This document shows positions 22,855-35,656 of a stretch of 37,517 bases of DNA, piece after piece. Positions within the stretch are counted from its first letter, which is position 1. Every line of letters begins with the position of its first letter. The stretch covers positions 1-37,517 of the forward strand of contig PS015549.1 in the NCBI GenBank assembly GCA_048213135.1, read 5' to 3'. The stretch is from Reclinomonas americana ATCC 50394 (Eukaryota). The notes under the pieces were generated by a model. It did no database searches, had not been told where the DNA came from, and saw only the letters and a program-made list of their open reading frames with translations. The translations under genes and the position numbers were made by a program.

Positions 22855-25299
22855 TCATGACACCAGCAACATGATCGCCTCCACCATGTCGCCACCCGTA
22901 CTTCGCAGCGCCCCCAGCACCTCCTCCCGGCTGCGCAGCGTCTGCTCCATGACCACTTGTACATCTGCACCAAGCAGTCAGCACCAAACAGAGACAAAGA
23001 CAACACGGCAGCGACGATCACGGCACGGAACCAGCTTCGGGAAATTCAACGTCGTCACCAACAGCACGGACAGCAGCAGCAGCAGCAGCAGGGACAGCAG
23101 CACCCGCAGGGGCTGGTGGTAAGCCTGCTTCCTGTGCATCCAAAATGGCCGCCATGGCCTCCATAATATCACCCGAGTGCTCTCGTAGTGCGCGTGCCGC
23201 CGTGGCTCTGTCGCACCCGACCTGCTCGCAGATCAAGTCGATTTCTACGAGGCTTGCGCTGTGAGAGAAACTCAACCGACAGTGCCGACGCACCACACAA
23301 ACCTTGTCCGTCTCCCTCCTCCGCCGAATCCCCACTTTCGTCATCCGAGCTGTCCACCGCCGGAGCACCCGCAGCCACATGCACATCGGGCGCGCCCACC
23401 ACTCTTGCGGGCATCGGGTTCGCCAACAGCGCTTGCATGGCACCAATCACGTCACCGTCGTGCGCCTGCAGCGTGCGAATCGCCGTGTCGCGATCACACT
23501 TGCAGGTTTCACACACGGCGGCCACCACTGCGACGACATTCTCCATCAGCGACAGGCCGATCAACACGAGCGATGGTACTCACCCGCCGCGTCGTACTCG
23601 TCAACCCCACTCCCACTGCCACTGCCACTTCCACTGCGAGCACGGCGTCAGTGCATGGGAAAGGTCGAACGCACATATCTGCCCCTGTTCCCCCATCCAC
23701 ACACCCGCCAAGTGTTTGCCGCGGCGCCACCGGGCACGGCGTGTTGTAGGTGCCGCAGAGCCACCCAATCTCTTTGGATTTGACCGACAGGCATCGCATG
23801 CAGTACTCGGACCCGCATCCCACACAACTCATGTGCTTGCATCCGCCATCGTGATCTGCAGCCACCAGCAACCGTGTGTGAGCTTCCTCACCACACCATT
23901 ACCGGCGGTGCTGCGCACAGACCTTGTACTCGTTGACACGACGGGCAGGCACGCATGCGCGGCACCTTCTGGTCAGTCGGACCCTCGAATGGCCAGATGA
24001 GCTGTGCACGCACACGATTCTCATCAGCGAGCCCAACAGCGCACGGTACCAAAAAGTCGTACACGCACCACTTCCTCGCACGTCTCCAGCAGCGAGGCTG
24101 GCGCATCGCAGTCGGCGTTGCCACACGACACAGTACCGCGCCATGGCTTGCCACACTCGAGACAGAAGCGCATACCACACACACAGGTCGCATCCTTCAT
24201 CGACTCGTCGTCTGGCATGCAGAACAGCGAACACTGGCATACAAAATCAGTCGGTGCGTGCGAGACACCAGAAGAAACGCAGGTGCACACAACTTTCGGG
24301 CATCGCTTCGTCTTCAGGCCCAAAAAGTACTGCGTGAGCATGGTCAGGTACTTGTCCACCACACAGGCGAGTTTCTCCGAGTCGCGGCAGGCATGCGAAA
24401 TCACAGTGTCGGGGATTTCTGGAACACAGCAGCACATCAGTGGATGTGAGAGGGAAGGAGGCACTTGGTCCACTCACCAGTGCGACAACTTCGCTCGTAG
24501 CACAAGAGCGGCTTTGTCTGATTCTGCGCCACGTGCGACTCGACAATGTCCATGACGCTGAGGTGTGCGCACACAGAAAAAATGAGTGAGCCTGTCTCTC
24601 ATTAGCGGACACACAAACAACAAGTCGCGAAAACACCGCACCACTTGCGACAAACGTGATGTGTGCACGCAAGTCGGTATCCCTCCGTCCAGGTTGTGTC
24701 GGTGCAGTTGAAGCAAGCCTTGCCGGCGCTCTCCACATACTCTGGCGGCACCATCGGTGCAAAGAAGCTGACCTCGCCCACTGGTGATGGCGACGGCGGT
24801 GCAAAGTGCGGCAGAGGCGATGGCGACGCGCCCGCTCCCGGGCTCTCGAACCGCCGACGCAGTTCGGCCACATTCTGCTGTCGTCGCTCCTGCAGCTGTG
24901 CGCGGGCCAAGGCATCAGCGGCCGGATCGACGGCGGCGTCGCGTGATACCGACAGCAATTGCTGGTGCACAAGGCTCACTCGACTGCCGGCCACTGGCGA
25001 CGGTACCGTTTCCACCACCATCTGCGGTGGTGCGCTGGGTGCCGGTGGAGAGGAGAAGAACTGTTGTGCACGCTGCACGACACTCAGTCTGTTTCCTGCC
25101 GATGCATCTCCAGCTGGTGCGGGTGCAGGAGGTGGAGGAGGAGGTGTTGTCGCGGTGGTCACTGCGGGTGGCGGAGGTGACGACGAAGGCGGAGGAACGA
25201 GCAGTGGAGCCGTCTGGAAGGGCCGACTGAAGGCAGCCGATGTGGGTGCTGGTCCACTGCCAGACGCACCACCAGCTGCTCCGGGAATTCCCCTTGGCA
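22855..25299 (-). CDS. RBR (RING1-IBR-RING2) E3 ubiquitin ligase with three C-terminal NAC/HYPK-type UBA domains
   Basis: RING1 CFNC...LACTHHVCRKC...CYERSC. IBR RCPKC...CVCGMRFCLECGKPW. RING2 CPSC...DGGCKHMSCVGCGSEYCMRC with the catalytic Cys. UBAs: VCETCKCDRDTAIRTLQAHDGDVIGAMQAL, IDLICEQVGCDRATAARALREHSGDIMEAM, DVQVVMEQTLRSREEVLGALRSTGGDMVEAIMLLVS*. Confidence 0.85.
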
Positions 25300-25346
25300 C
25301 TGCGCACACGGACCCCAAACGTGTAAGCAGCGGATGCGGAGAAGAA

Positions 25347-25382
<36 letters not shown>

Positions 25383-25697
25383 CACACACGCACACACACA
25401 CACACACANNNNNNNNNNNNNNNNNNNNNNNNNNNNNNNNNNNNNNNNNNNNNNNNNNNNNNNNNNNNNNNNNNNNNNNNNNNNNNNNNNNNNNNNNNNN
25501 NNNNNNNNNNNNNNNNNNNNNNNNNNNNNNNNNNNNNNNNNNNNNNNNNNNNNNNNNNNNNNNNNNNNNNNNNNNNNNNNNNNNNNNNNNNNNNNNNNNN
25601 NNNNNNNNNNNNNNNNNNNNNNNNCTCTCTCTCTCTCTCTCTGCTTGTGTGCGTGAATTCCCCACATCTTTGTCCTAAACCTCGATCCTGTGCGCAG

Positions 25698-25780
25698 TGC
25701 GAGAACAACGAGTCGTTCGCGACGAGGAATTCTACGATGGTGACGACGATCAGGATCACGACTTCCTCGATCGTATCTGA
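25698..25780 (+). CDS. Last exon of the class I HDAC (on an apparently inverted contig)
   Basis: REQRVVRDEEFYDGDDDQDHDFLDRI* resembles the Rpd3-family C-terminal EF(Y/S)D acidic motif. Confidence 0.6.
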
Positions 25781-25917
25781 TGTATTCTCTGTAAACGATG
25801 ACCGACGCATGTTATGTTGAGTGGGTCGGGGAGGGGATGGAGGGAAAAATGACTGGACACCAACACGCGATCGATCTGTGAATCGAACCATCATCAATTA
25901 TTGTCAGACCACGAAAC

Positions 25918-26080
25918 ATGGAGAAAAAGCCATGTTTCATGCACCTCCGCAAGGCCGGTGGCTGCAAGCGCGGTGATGCATGTCCATTCGTCCACGCTAC
26001 CACCTGGGCCGATGTGCCAGCCTGCACCAACGGCGATGCATGTCGAGTGGTTGACTGCCCATTCCGTCATCGGAAGGATG
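25918..26080 (+). CDS. Tandem CCCH zinc-finger exon, probable exon 1 of the RBR gene (inverted contig)
   Basis: MEKKPCFMHLRKAGGCKRGDACPFVH...CTNGDACRVVDCPFRH. Its phase-1 donor matches the phase-1 acceptor at 25299. Its intron (26081-26140) matches the reverse complement of 25348-25408. Confidence 0.75.
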
Positions 26081-26107
26081 GTGTGTGTGTGTGTGTGTGC
26101 GTGTGTG

Positions 26108-26139
<32 letters not shown>

Positions 26140-26160
26140 TNNNNNNNNNNNNNNNNNNNN

Positions 26161-27448
26161 GTCGCGAATGTCGCCCGTGCCGGGGAAGTAGTCGCCAAAC
26201 TTGTGGAACGACACTGTCATCACGCGGTCGGTGGTGTAGAACGCCTCCTCCACGCCATCGCCGTGGTGAATGTCAATGTCGATGTACAGCACACGCGCAT
26301 GCACCCTGTGCACACACATACAAAAGAGAGAAAGGTCAGCCAGGCAGAATAAAAAGAGAGAGAGAGAGAAAGAAACGCGCACGGACGCAACTTGAGCAGC
26401 TCCAAGATGCCAAGCACAATGTCGTTGACGTAGCAGAAACCCGACGCCTCGGCCTTCTTGGCATGGTGCAAGCCACCGGCCCAGTTGATGGCAATCTGCA
26501 ATGGCGTGCATTGTGAGAGGAGGAGGCGCAAAGGGGTGCGTAATGCAAGGTGGAACGCACATCAGACTGGCCCGTGTTGAGCTTGACCGCACCGGCCACC
26601 GAGCCGCCAGCACAAATCTGGCAAAACTCATACAGGCCGTCAAAGACCGGGCAATCGTCGCCCACATTGACTGCGGAGGAGGCGGTGAAGGTGAGGGAGG
26701 GAGAAAGAGAGAGGGAGGGAGGGAAAACACGTGGGACGCAACAGAGGCTGAGTTGCCGCGAAAAGTCCTGCATGTTCTCGGGCGAGATTCGCCGCAAGAA
26801 GTCAATGTAGTCGTCCGTGTGGAACTTGGTGAGCTCTTGCTCCGTCGACAAGTGTGGTCTCTGCAGGCGAGTGAAGGTAAGAACGTGAAAGGATAGAGAA
26901 GAAAGCAAAGCAAAATGGTTTGGTGGTGAAAAACGCAACATACACCGACATCTTCTTGTACAGGCCGTAGTTGAGGACGAGGTTGTGTGTCATCTTAATG
27001 CGGTGCGGCTTCATCGGATGGCCTTGGCCATAGTAAAAGTTGCCAATCGCGGCTGCAGGGGGGAAAAAAAAAAGGCGGACACTTTAGCATGGAGCAAAAA
27101 AATAAACACAAACAAAAAGAGGCGGTGCAAGGAGAGAGGGCAGAGCAGGGTAAAAGGACACAAAAGTGACGCGGCAAGAGAGACAGAGAAAGTTTGCGCG
27201 CGCGCGGGATAAAACGAATAAACAAAAAATGTCTTTTTCCTCCGCCCGCTGCAGGCATCACGCACTCGCACCACGCACGACGCACACGCGCACAAACAGA
27301 AAAGCGAGAGGAAAAAACACAGACAAAAAAAGTGCCCGACATTTCACCATGGCAAACACACACAAACACAAACACAAAACAAATGCAAACACACACATCA
27401 CACACTGACGCAACAATCGTAAAAGTACGATATCCGCGGCTTGGACAT
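26161..27448 (-). CDS. Class I histone deacetylase (Rpd3/HDAC1-like), N-terminal half
   Basis: [30 protein letters not shown]...|[12 protein letters not shown]...|[25 protein letters not shown]...|[41 protein letters not shown]. Confidence 0.97.
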
Positions 27449-27699
27449 CTTTCACGCGAAAGAGGGGGAAAAAGACACACGCACAGGAGGCGGTCTTCGC
27501 TCCGACAACAACAGGGTCCGATATGAATCGGAATGTTGGCGCCGGCGAAAGAGACGGGTGGATTGGCACACAGACAACTCATCAGCGACTGTGAGGCAGA
27601 GCGCGCCTGCGTGTGTGTGACGAGAGAGAGGCAAGGTAGGCGAGCCAGCAGCAAAAAACGCGTGTTTTTATTTTCTTTTTCTCACTTTCCCGCCCGAAG

Positions 27700-30600
27700 A
27701 TGGCCTCGATTCCTGAGTTCATTCCCATGGCGCATCGGCTGCGACAACAACAACAACAGCAGCAGCAACAACAACAAGCGCAGTTCACTGAGACGGGTGA
27801 TGAAGGCGACTTTGAGGAAGATGAGGGCGAGGAATACTATGATGATGATGAGGAGGGCTACTATGAGGATGAAGACGATGGTCAGTGCCTCTGTCTCTTG
27901 CTGTGTGTGTCTCTATCACTCGCTCACTGATCAATGCGCACAGTTCATTCTGCTGCGGTGCGATGACTTGCTCTCTCTCTTGTCTCTTTCTGCGGGCACA
28001 GTGCTCACACTCCTCCTCCTCATACTGACAGGCGTTCCACCCTCGCTCACTGATGGTGAGTGCTGGCATGGAGGCTAGTGCTGGAGGATCTACTGGTGCT
28101 GCCGCTGCTGCTGCTGCGGCGGCGGCCAGTGGCAGTGGCGACTGGATGGACACGCATCACGTGTGCTGGAATGGAGGCGATGGAGCGGGCGTGTCGGCAG
28201 TGCTGATGGATCCGGCGCGTGAGGTGGTGTGGACCGGCACAGAGACGGTGAATAGCTCGCCTCTCCCCCTCTCCACTGGGGTGTTCTCTGCTCGCTCACA
28301 GCGGTGTTGATGTAGGGCCGAGTGGCGGCGTTCTCGTATCCCGACATGGAACCGCTGGTGGCGTTCCCTACGCAAATGCCCGTGTCGGCGCTGGGGCCTC
28401 TGGGAAAGGCCAGTGAACAGGGTCCGGTGGTGCAGTCGGTGCAGCGCTTGTTGTCGCTGGAGAACGAGCGGCTGCTGTGCTTGACGTCGGTCGCCCTGCG
28501 TGTGTTTGACATTGGCGGAGCTCCGGTGCTCTCGTGTCGGTGCGCGCCATCGTCCCTCGCCCTCCTCTCCGTGCTCTCCTCTCACCTTCCCGCGTCTGCA
28601 GACAAGACCGATTCACCGATCTGCTCTCTGCGTCGCTGTCGGTCACCAAGAAGCACGCCTACGTTGGTGGCAACATGCGATCGCTGTTCGTCGTGGACCT
28701 CGAGCTCGGTCGCCTGTTCACCGAGACGTCGGTGTCCAGTGGTGTGAGCGCACTCTTCACCTCGCCTGGGTCGCTGTGCTACGGCACGACCTCTGGCGAA
28801 GTGTGTCTGTGTGATCCGCGCTCACTGCGGCTGGCGCAAAACATCAAGGCGCACTCGGCAGTCACCGATGTCGCCGTGCAAGACAACCTGGTCGCCTCGT
28901 GCGGATTCATGGAGCGGTCTGTGTATGTGTGTGTGCGTGTCGCCGTCGTTGCTCGCTGCGACTGTGCGCTCACCGTACGTGTTGGTGTGGGCGCGTAGCA
29001 GATACGGCGAATTGTACCCCGACCCCTTCGTCAAGCTGTTCGACACGCGCATGAACGCACTCGTGTCGCAAATCTCGGTGACTGGCGGCAGCATGGCACT
29101 TCGCTTTGTTCCCAACCAGGTTCCGCGGGCATCACCTTTTTCGCACCACCTCCTCCTCCTCCTCCCCCTCATATTTCTCATGTGTTGTGCAGCGGCGACA
29201 CTTGGCGGTGGCGTCGCCGTCGGGCGTGATTGAGTTCCGCGACATTAGCACACCGTCCAACATGCTGTACATGTCGCTGAGCATGATCAACGCTCAACCA
29301 CAATCGCTGCTCTCGTTTGACTTGTCGTCGACTGGCGAGTGCATCGCCGCTGGCGATCGCTACGGCGACTTGCATTCCGTGTCGCGCGTCATTGACTCCA
29401 CGCTCAACTCGCGAGTCGAGTACTTTGACTTGTTGCCGGAGCCGCCGACTTTCGAATCGGTGGCGGTGCCGTTTGAGGCCGTGTTGCGTCCCACATCGTT
29501 GACAGTGGCTGCTCTTATAATTTGGTTGCTCATGCTGCTCCCCCGCCACCCACAGTCCCGTGTTTGCTGCTCCGGCACCGGCCTCCGGTCGCTACGCCTC
29601 TGAATGGCCGACCGACTTGTGCTCGGTTGGCGCTCGCCCGCCCGTCATCAAGTCCTCCATTCAGCAGTCGCTGCGTGTCACCGGATTCGTCGGTGCCATT
29701 TCGAATCCGGGTATCCGTTGCCACGAGCAGGCGTACGTCAAAGTGCGTGGCAAGGCGCGCAAGAAAATCACACTGCAAAGCATCGACGCCAAGGTGAGCT
29801 GCACATCTCCCTTTCTCTCTCGCTGAGAATCTAACGACTCACTTGTTGCGTCTCCACATCCAGGGCTCGCCCTTCCGAGCCATCACGGATGATCTCACGG
29901 AAAAGGCGCAACGGGAACGCATCCCCAAGATCTACCTGCGCGTGGAGAAGAAGCAGTCGGCGGTTTCGTGGGAGGAGTTCGACTTCAAGTTGCGCAGTGA
30001 TGCGCCTTCGTGTTGCTTTTGTTGCCGGTGCCACTCACACGCGCCTCACAGAAAGTACAACAAGACTCGCTTCTGTGGTCTGGAGAACGACTTGCCGAAC
30101 TGCTACGTCAATCCGCTCCTGCAAGTGCTGTACTTTACGCCGCGCTACCGCGATTTCGCCATGCAATACCTGTCCAACGATCGGCAGTTCTGCTTGGCCA
30201 GCGAGTCTGGTTTCCTGTTCCGTTTCGTGGCTCCCGCGACGCAGAGCGCCTTCTCCACCCCCCCCCCCCCCCTCCCTCCTCTCCCTCACACGCAGAGCTT
30301 CCGCAGACATGATGAAGCACTTCAAGGGCGGCACGGCGCAAGCCAAGAACTTTTTGCGCGTCTTCCGTCAGATCCCGCAAGGTGTGCATGTCGTTGTTCA
30401 CACGCGCCCCTTCCTCCTCCTCCTCTTCTAACAACGACGTGCAGCTGCCGCTCTCGGTCTGTTTGACGACATGGTGCAGGCGACACACTCGAGTGAGGAA
30501 CTCGAAGGCTCCGGCGGCAAGATCCAGAAAATGATGCGCTTCACTCTGGAGCACCTCAATCGCCTCCTCACCGAGGACTTGGAGGAGCAGGCCGCGAATC

Positions 30601-32935
30601 AGGCCTTCATCATGAGCCACATGTCGCGACCGCGCAATGCCCGTGGTCGTCAGGCTGCGGCCAGCAGCGAGGGTGGAAGCGGCTCGGAGGTGAGTTGGCG
30701 TGTTGTTCGCTCTCTCCCCCTACTCTCGCACTCGCAAATGTCCCCCGTTGATTCTTGTGCGCTTAGTCGGCGTCGTCGGCTGCACAGTCCCCGTCGACCA
30801 CTGTGATTGAGGACATTTGGGGCTCGATGATCTCCACCATCAATGTGTGCGTGCACTGCCGCACGCGGCACGTGCGCCAAGACCGCTCCTTCTGTCTCGA
30901 CCTGGCGCTGCCGGAGGACTCGTCGCCAGGCTCGCTGTTTGGCCTGCTGGCCTCATCTTTCCGTCGCGAAACCAAAACCAAGGCCTGGTGCAGCAAGTGC
31001 TGCGGCTACCAGCTGACGCAGCAGAAGAAGACTGTCACCGACCTGCCGAATTCAATCATCTTTAACTGCGGGCCTGTGAGCGAGGTTTGTGTGGTGCACG
31101 AAATGAGATGAGAGGATTCGAGGATTCATTTCCCCTCCGCTCATCCACTTCTTTTTTGTTTGTAGAAACTCATGACCAACAGCTTGAATTTGACGGAGGA
31201 AGGGCGCAAGATGCCGCCACGCTTCTTTGTGGACATGTCAAAAGCAGAGGAGGACGGACCAACTGTGGTGGAGAATGTGGACTTGTTTGACGATCGTTCA
31301 CGCTTTGTACAGTACGAGTTGTATGTTGCGTGCATGTCGCAAGCTGCTACCGCTTTGTGTATCATGCTGCTGCTGAGCTCTGGTATCCTTATGCAGGCCT
31401 TGATCGTTGACATTCGCCCACCCGACGACGACGAGGGTCACTTGGCTGCTCTCATCAAGGGTGCGTCGGCAGCGCGTCCCCATCCCTTCCCCTCTCGTGA
31501 TCGCCTAACATTTCCTTCTCTTCTGCACAGTGCCTCGGTCGTACTTTGAGGATGCGCAGTCGGTGGCGTCGCCAACACCAAAGAGTCCCACCGAAGTGAT
31601 GGCGTCGGGACGAGATCGTGAGTGGTTCCTGTTCAACGACTTTCTCATTTTCCCGGAGGACGAGGCGACGGCCATCAACTTTGCCCCGTTCTGGAAGGTA
31701 GCTGCACTGACGCTTTTCTCTGCTTCAATGCTCGGTGATTCTCACAAACATTGTGTGGCGTGATAGTTCCCGTGCATTATGCTGTATGCACGCGAGGGCT
31801 TCCTGGACGAGCCGACACCGTACCGCGGTCGTTTGCACTTGTCCGAGGCCGTGTTCCGTGATCAGGGATTGTCACGGTGAGACTCGCATTTGCTTCATTC
31901 TGCGTACCCCAATCTTGTCAACTGAACCATTCTCCGCCGCCAGCATGCAACCCTCGGCTCTGCGCTCCTTCCGCGCTCTCGATCTGCACGAGAACTGCAA
32001 GGGCCAACTGGTGGCAATTGATGCCGAGTTTGTTGCCCTCACCAAGGTTTGTGTAGGCTATTGGATGTGTGCGCGTTTGCACACCAATGTATTCATTGTG
32101 GAGCAGGAGGAGCGCAAGATGCTGCACGACGGCACAAGCGTGGTGGTCACGCCACCCATTCTGTCGCTGGCTCGTGTGTCGGTGCTGCGCGGCGGTGGGC
32201 CAATGGAGGGCGTGCCGTTCATCGACGACTACATTCACACGCCGGAGCAAGTGTCGGACTACTTGACGCGTTTCTCGGGCCTCGTGCCGGGAGACCTCGA
32301 TCCGAGTGTGTCGCGACACTTTGTCACGTCGCTGAAGGTGAAGGACTGAGTGAGGATTTGTGTTGGTGGTTGTGCTTTGCCTAACGGTGATTGGACGCAG
32401 GCGGCCTACTTGAAGCTGCGCTACCTGGTGGACAACAAGTGCATCTTTGTCGGCCACGGTCTGAAGAAGGACTTTAAGATCATCAGTTGCGATTTCTTCA
32501 ATTACGTGTATGTTGCAGCTGTCGTCATGCTCACTCTCCACCGCAGACATTTATGTTCCCGAGGAGCAGATGCGTGACACGGTGGAGTTGTTCAGCCTGA
32601 AGCAGCAGCGAAAGGTACGGCGGAGGAAAGGGCAGTGGAGGAAAGACTCGTGATGCTCATTCTGCTGTTCTTTAGCTGTCGCTTCGATTCTTGGCGATGC
32701 ACGTGCTGCGCGAGAACATTCAGGAGCAGACCCACGACAGTATCGAAGACGCGAGGACGGTGAGTGTCTGTCTGTGTGTGTCGGCTTCCCCCGCGTTGCT
32801 TCCTCACCACTGCGCCAGGCACTTCTGTTGTACAAGCGGTACTGCGAGCTGCAACAAGCCGGTACATTTGATCAGAAGCTCGAGGAACTGTACGCTATTG
32901 GTCGTCGCACAAACTGGCAAGTGGGTGGCAGATGA
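27700..32935 (+). CDS. PAN2: PAN2 deadenylase (WD40 - USP/UCH - DEDD exonuclease), about 23 exons
   Basis: WD40 region (DPFVKLFDTRM, SFDLSSTGECIAAGD). EEFDFKKYNKTRFCGLEN. Exonuclease motifs VAIDAEFVAL, LARVSVLRG, PFIDDYI, DYLTRFSGL, FVGHGLKKDF, THDSIEDART. Stop at 32933-32935. Confidence 0.96.
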
Positions 32936-33031
32936 CACAACGCTGCTTAAGTAAACACACTTCGTAATCCACGCAAACTGTCACTCCGACTTGTCCTACG
33001 ACGAATCACATCTCAGCGTCGTCTCTTGCGA

Positions 33032-35641
33032 ATGAGCGATCCACTGCTGCATGCCTGTGCCTTTGACTTGCTGGGCGATCATGCCTGGGAGCTCATTGCG
33101 CGGTTTCTCAACTTGTTGCGTCGCACAGGCTGTCTCCCTCACTCTTCCCCTCGTTTATGCGAGTTGTCTCACATGTGTCGCCAGTCGCGACTACACAATG
33201 TCCTGGCGCGTGTGCACTCGTCTGTGCGAGCTGCTGGAGACGCACATGAGTCGCATGCGACTAACACCCTTTGACGTGGCGCAACGCGGCGATCTGATTG
33301 TCACTGTGGATCACGTTCGCGCGCGTTTTCCGCGACTGATTGCTCTCGATCTGGGCGGCTTTGCGTTGGGCTTTGAGGGTGCCCAGTCGTTCGCACAAGT
33401 GCTGGCACGACACAGCAACTTTGTGGAACTCGATCTGACGCGTTGCGTTCCCCTCTTATCTCGATCACTGTGTGGAAATGGTCAATGACTGAAGAAGCCA
33501 CAGAGAACAACTTGCGACTGGGTGGTTCGCGAGTGGTGGGAGCTGCTGTGGCGGGATGCAGTCGACTGCAACGGCTTATGCTGGGCAAGAACGGCATTGG
33601 TCCGCAGGGACTGGCGGCGATTGTGCATGCTGTCGTGCAGTCCGAGTCGTTGACGGAGCTCGACTTGCGCAGCAACGGCATCACGCACGAGGGTGCGCAC
33701 CAGCTGGAGACACTGTTGAGAGGTACGAGGTGGGATGGAGTCGGGGAACGAGGCGGGCTTTTTGCTCACTCCTTGTCGTCGCGCGCGCAGAGAACGACAC
33801 GATCACGCACTTGGATTTGTCGGGCAACCGACTGCGTGCGTTGGGTGCGGCGGCAGTGGGTCGTGGCCTCGGTGTGAATCAATCGCTGCGCAGTCTGTCG
33901 CTGGCCGACACGAGTCTCGGCGACGAGGGCGTGATGGCCCTGTGCCGGTTTGGCGAGGCCGTACCGGATGCTGCGGAGGCGGCAGCGATGGAGGGCGAAG
34001 GCGCCCCTGCGGGAGCGGCGCCAGTGATCGACGTGGATGTGAAACCCGACAATGAGAGGCTCGCTGGCAACTTTACGCTGGAGCGCCTTGTGCTGACAAA
34101 GAACAACATTACGGGGGACGGCACGAAGGTGTTGCTGACGGCGGTGGGTGCGCCGCGCAGTCGGGTGTGTGATTTGGTGTTGGACAGCAATCAGTTGTCA
34201 TCGGAGGGCTCCTACGCCATTGGCGAGATGATTCGCGCACGGGTGAATGCCATTGCGCCGCTGAAGAGGATATCGCTGAAGGCCAACGAGATTGGGCCGG
34301 CGGGTGCACGGTGGCTGGCGACGGCGTTGGAGGCGACTCGCTCGCGGGTCAGTCTGGTGTTGGATGGTGCGTGTGCGTGAGGGTGGGCGAGGTGAGAGGC
34401 GGTGTGGTTAAGTGAATGTCGCACCGCGCAGGCAACACACTCGGCGGCACCGGTGTGCAACTGATGATGGAGAAGGTGCCGGTGACGCTGCTGAATCAAA
34501 TGAGTTTCCGAGGTTGGTTGCCGATGCTTGGTTTCTTTTGTGTGTCGGCCACTGACTGCGGCGTCGCACGAAATCAACAGACAACGGCATTGGCGAGCGC
34601 GGCATGCGTGCAGTGTCGGAGCGACTGGTTACGCTGGGGCGCATTCTCCTTGTTTTTCTTGGTCGCAGTGGCTGATTGTCGTCGTGCAGAGCATTAGCGG
34701 CATCCGGCGTGTGCACTTGGGCGGCAACGATCTGGGTGAACCCGGTGCCATGCTGTTGTACGAGGGACTGAAGGATCACACGCGGTTAACGGAGCTGCTC
34801 GTGCCATGTTGCGTTGTGTGATGTCGCCGATTGCTTCGCTCGACAGGGATTGACAGTTGATGGTGGTACGTGCAGCCAACAAGTTTGGCAAGGAGGGCGC
34901 GGTGTGGATTGCCCGACTGCTGACGGAGAATCGGTACATTGAGACGCTGTCGCTGGAGTGTTGCGTCGCTGCGCTCGTGCCTGCGCCACCTCACGCCACT
35001 CCGTGACCATTTCATCCTGCACACCACAGCCAATAGCCTGCGCGACAAGGGCTGCCTCATTGTCACCGAGGCACTTTCCGAAGGCCGCAATACGTCGCTG
35101 CGTCGTCTCAACCTGTCGTGGAATCACATTGAGGCGGAGGGCGTGCGGCCGTGGCAGTTCATGCTGCGCGACAACCAGACCCTGACTGAAATCGACATGA
35201 GGTGTGGGAGATTGTGTTTTCATCCCACACCTGATGTGGCTGACTTGCGTGCACGCAGCGCCAACCTGATCGACCCAGAAGGTGTCGCGTGGATTGCCAC
35301 AGGTGCGGAATGATGCTCGTCGTCGGGGGGGAGAGGAAAAAAACTCACCAATATACTACAGGGCTGGCTGGCAACCATTCGTTGGTCGGCCTCAGTTTGG
35401 CGTACAACCAGGTGTGGCCCGACGGCGCACAGTGCATCTACGACGCCCTGCAGCAGAATACCACCATTCGGAGAGTTGCGTCCACATTTTGCCAGGGCAT
35501 GCACGAGGAGCGACTCACACCCCATGAACACAGTTGGACCTCTCCGCCACCATCACTGGCGAGTCCGGGCCCAAGCTACTGCTCACGGCCATGCGCGAAA
35601 GAAGAGAGCGCAATCTGCCTCGCGTCGTGATCTCTCTCTAG
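33032..35641 (+). CDS. F-box-like plus RI-type leucine-rich-repeat protein
   Basis: N-terminal FDLLGDHAWELIARFLNFRDYTMSWRVCTRLCELL (F-box-like), then more than 15 LxxLxLxxNxIGxxG repeats over about 11 exons. TAG at 35639-35641. Confidence 0.85.
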
Positions 35642-35656
35642 TGAACGCACATTTCA

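Larger units (their letters stand above)
10392..26160. other. Six scaffold gaps: 10392-10515, 18340-18519, 19670-19689, 20893-21060, 25409-25624, 26141-26160
   Basis: N runs, several flanked by microsatellites. The missing gene parts are longer than the stated gap sizes. Confidence 0.95.

Noticed and set aside
20351-25897. Long ORF-track entries spanning N runs (468, 452, 431, 385 aa)
   Set aside because: Artefacts of translating through gaps and joining unrelated or mis-oriented contigs.
19243-32935. LSM7, CCDC25, CCCH-RBR and PAN2 as a functional RNA quality-control cluster
   Set aside because: They are interspersed with unrelated genes (SMT, HDAC), contig orientation is unreliable, and there is no synteny evidence.
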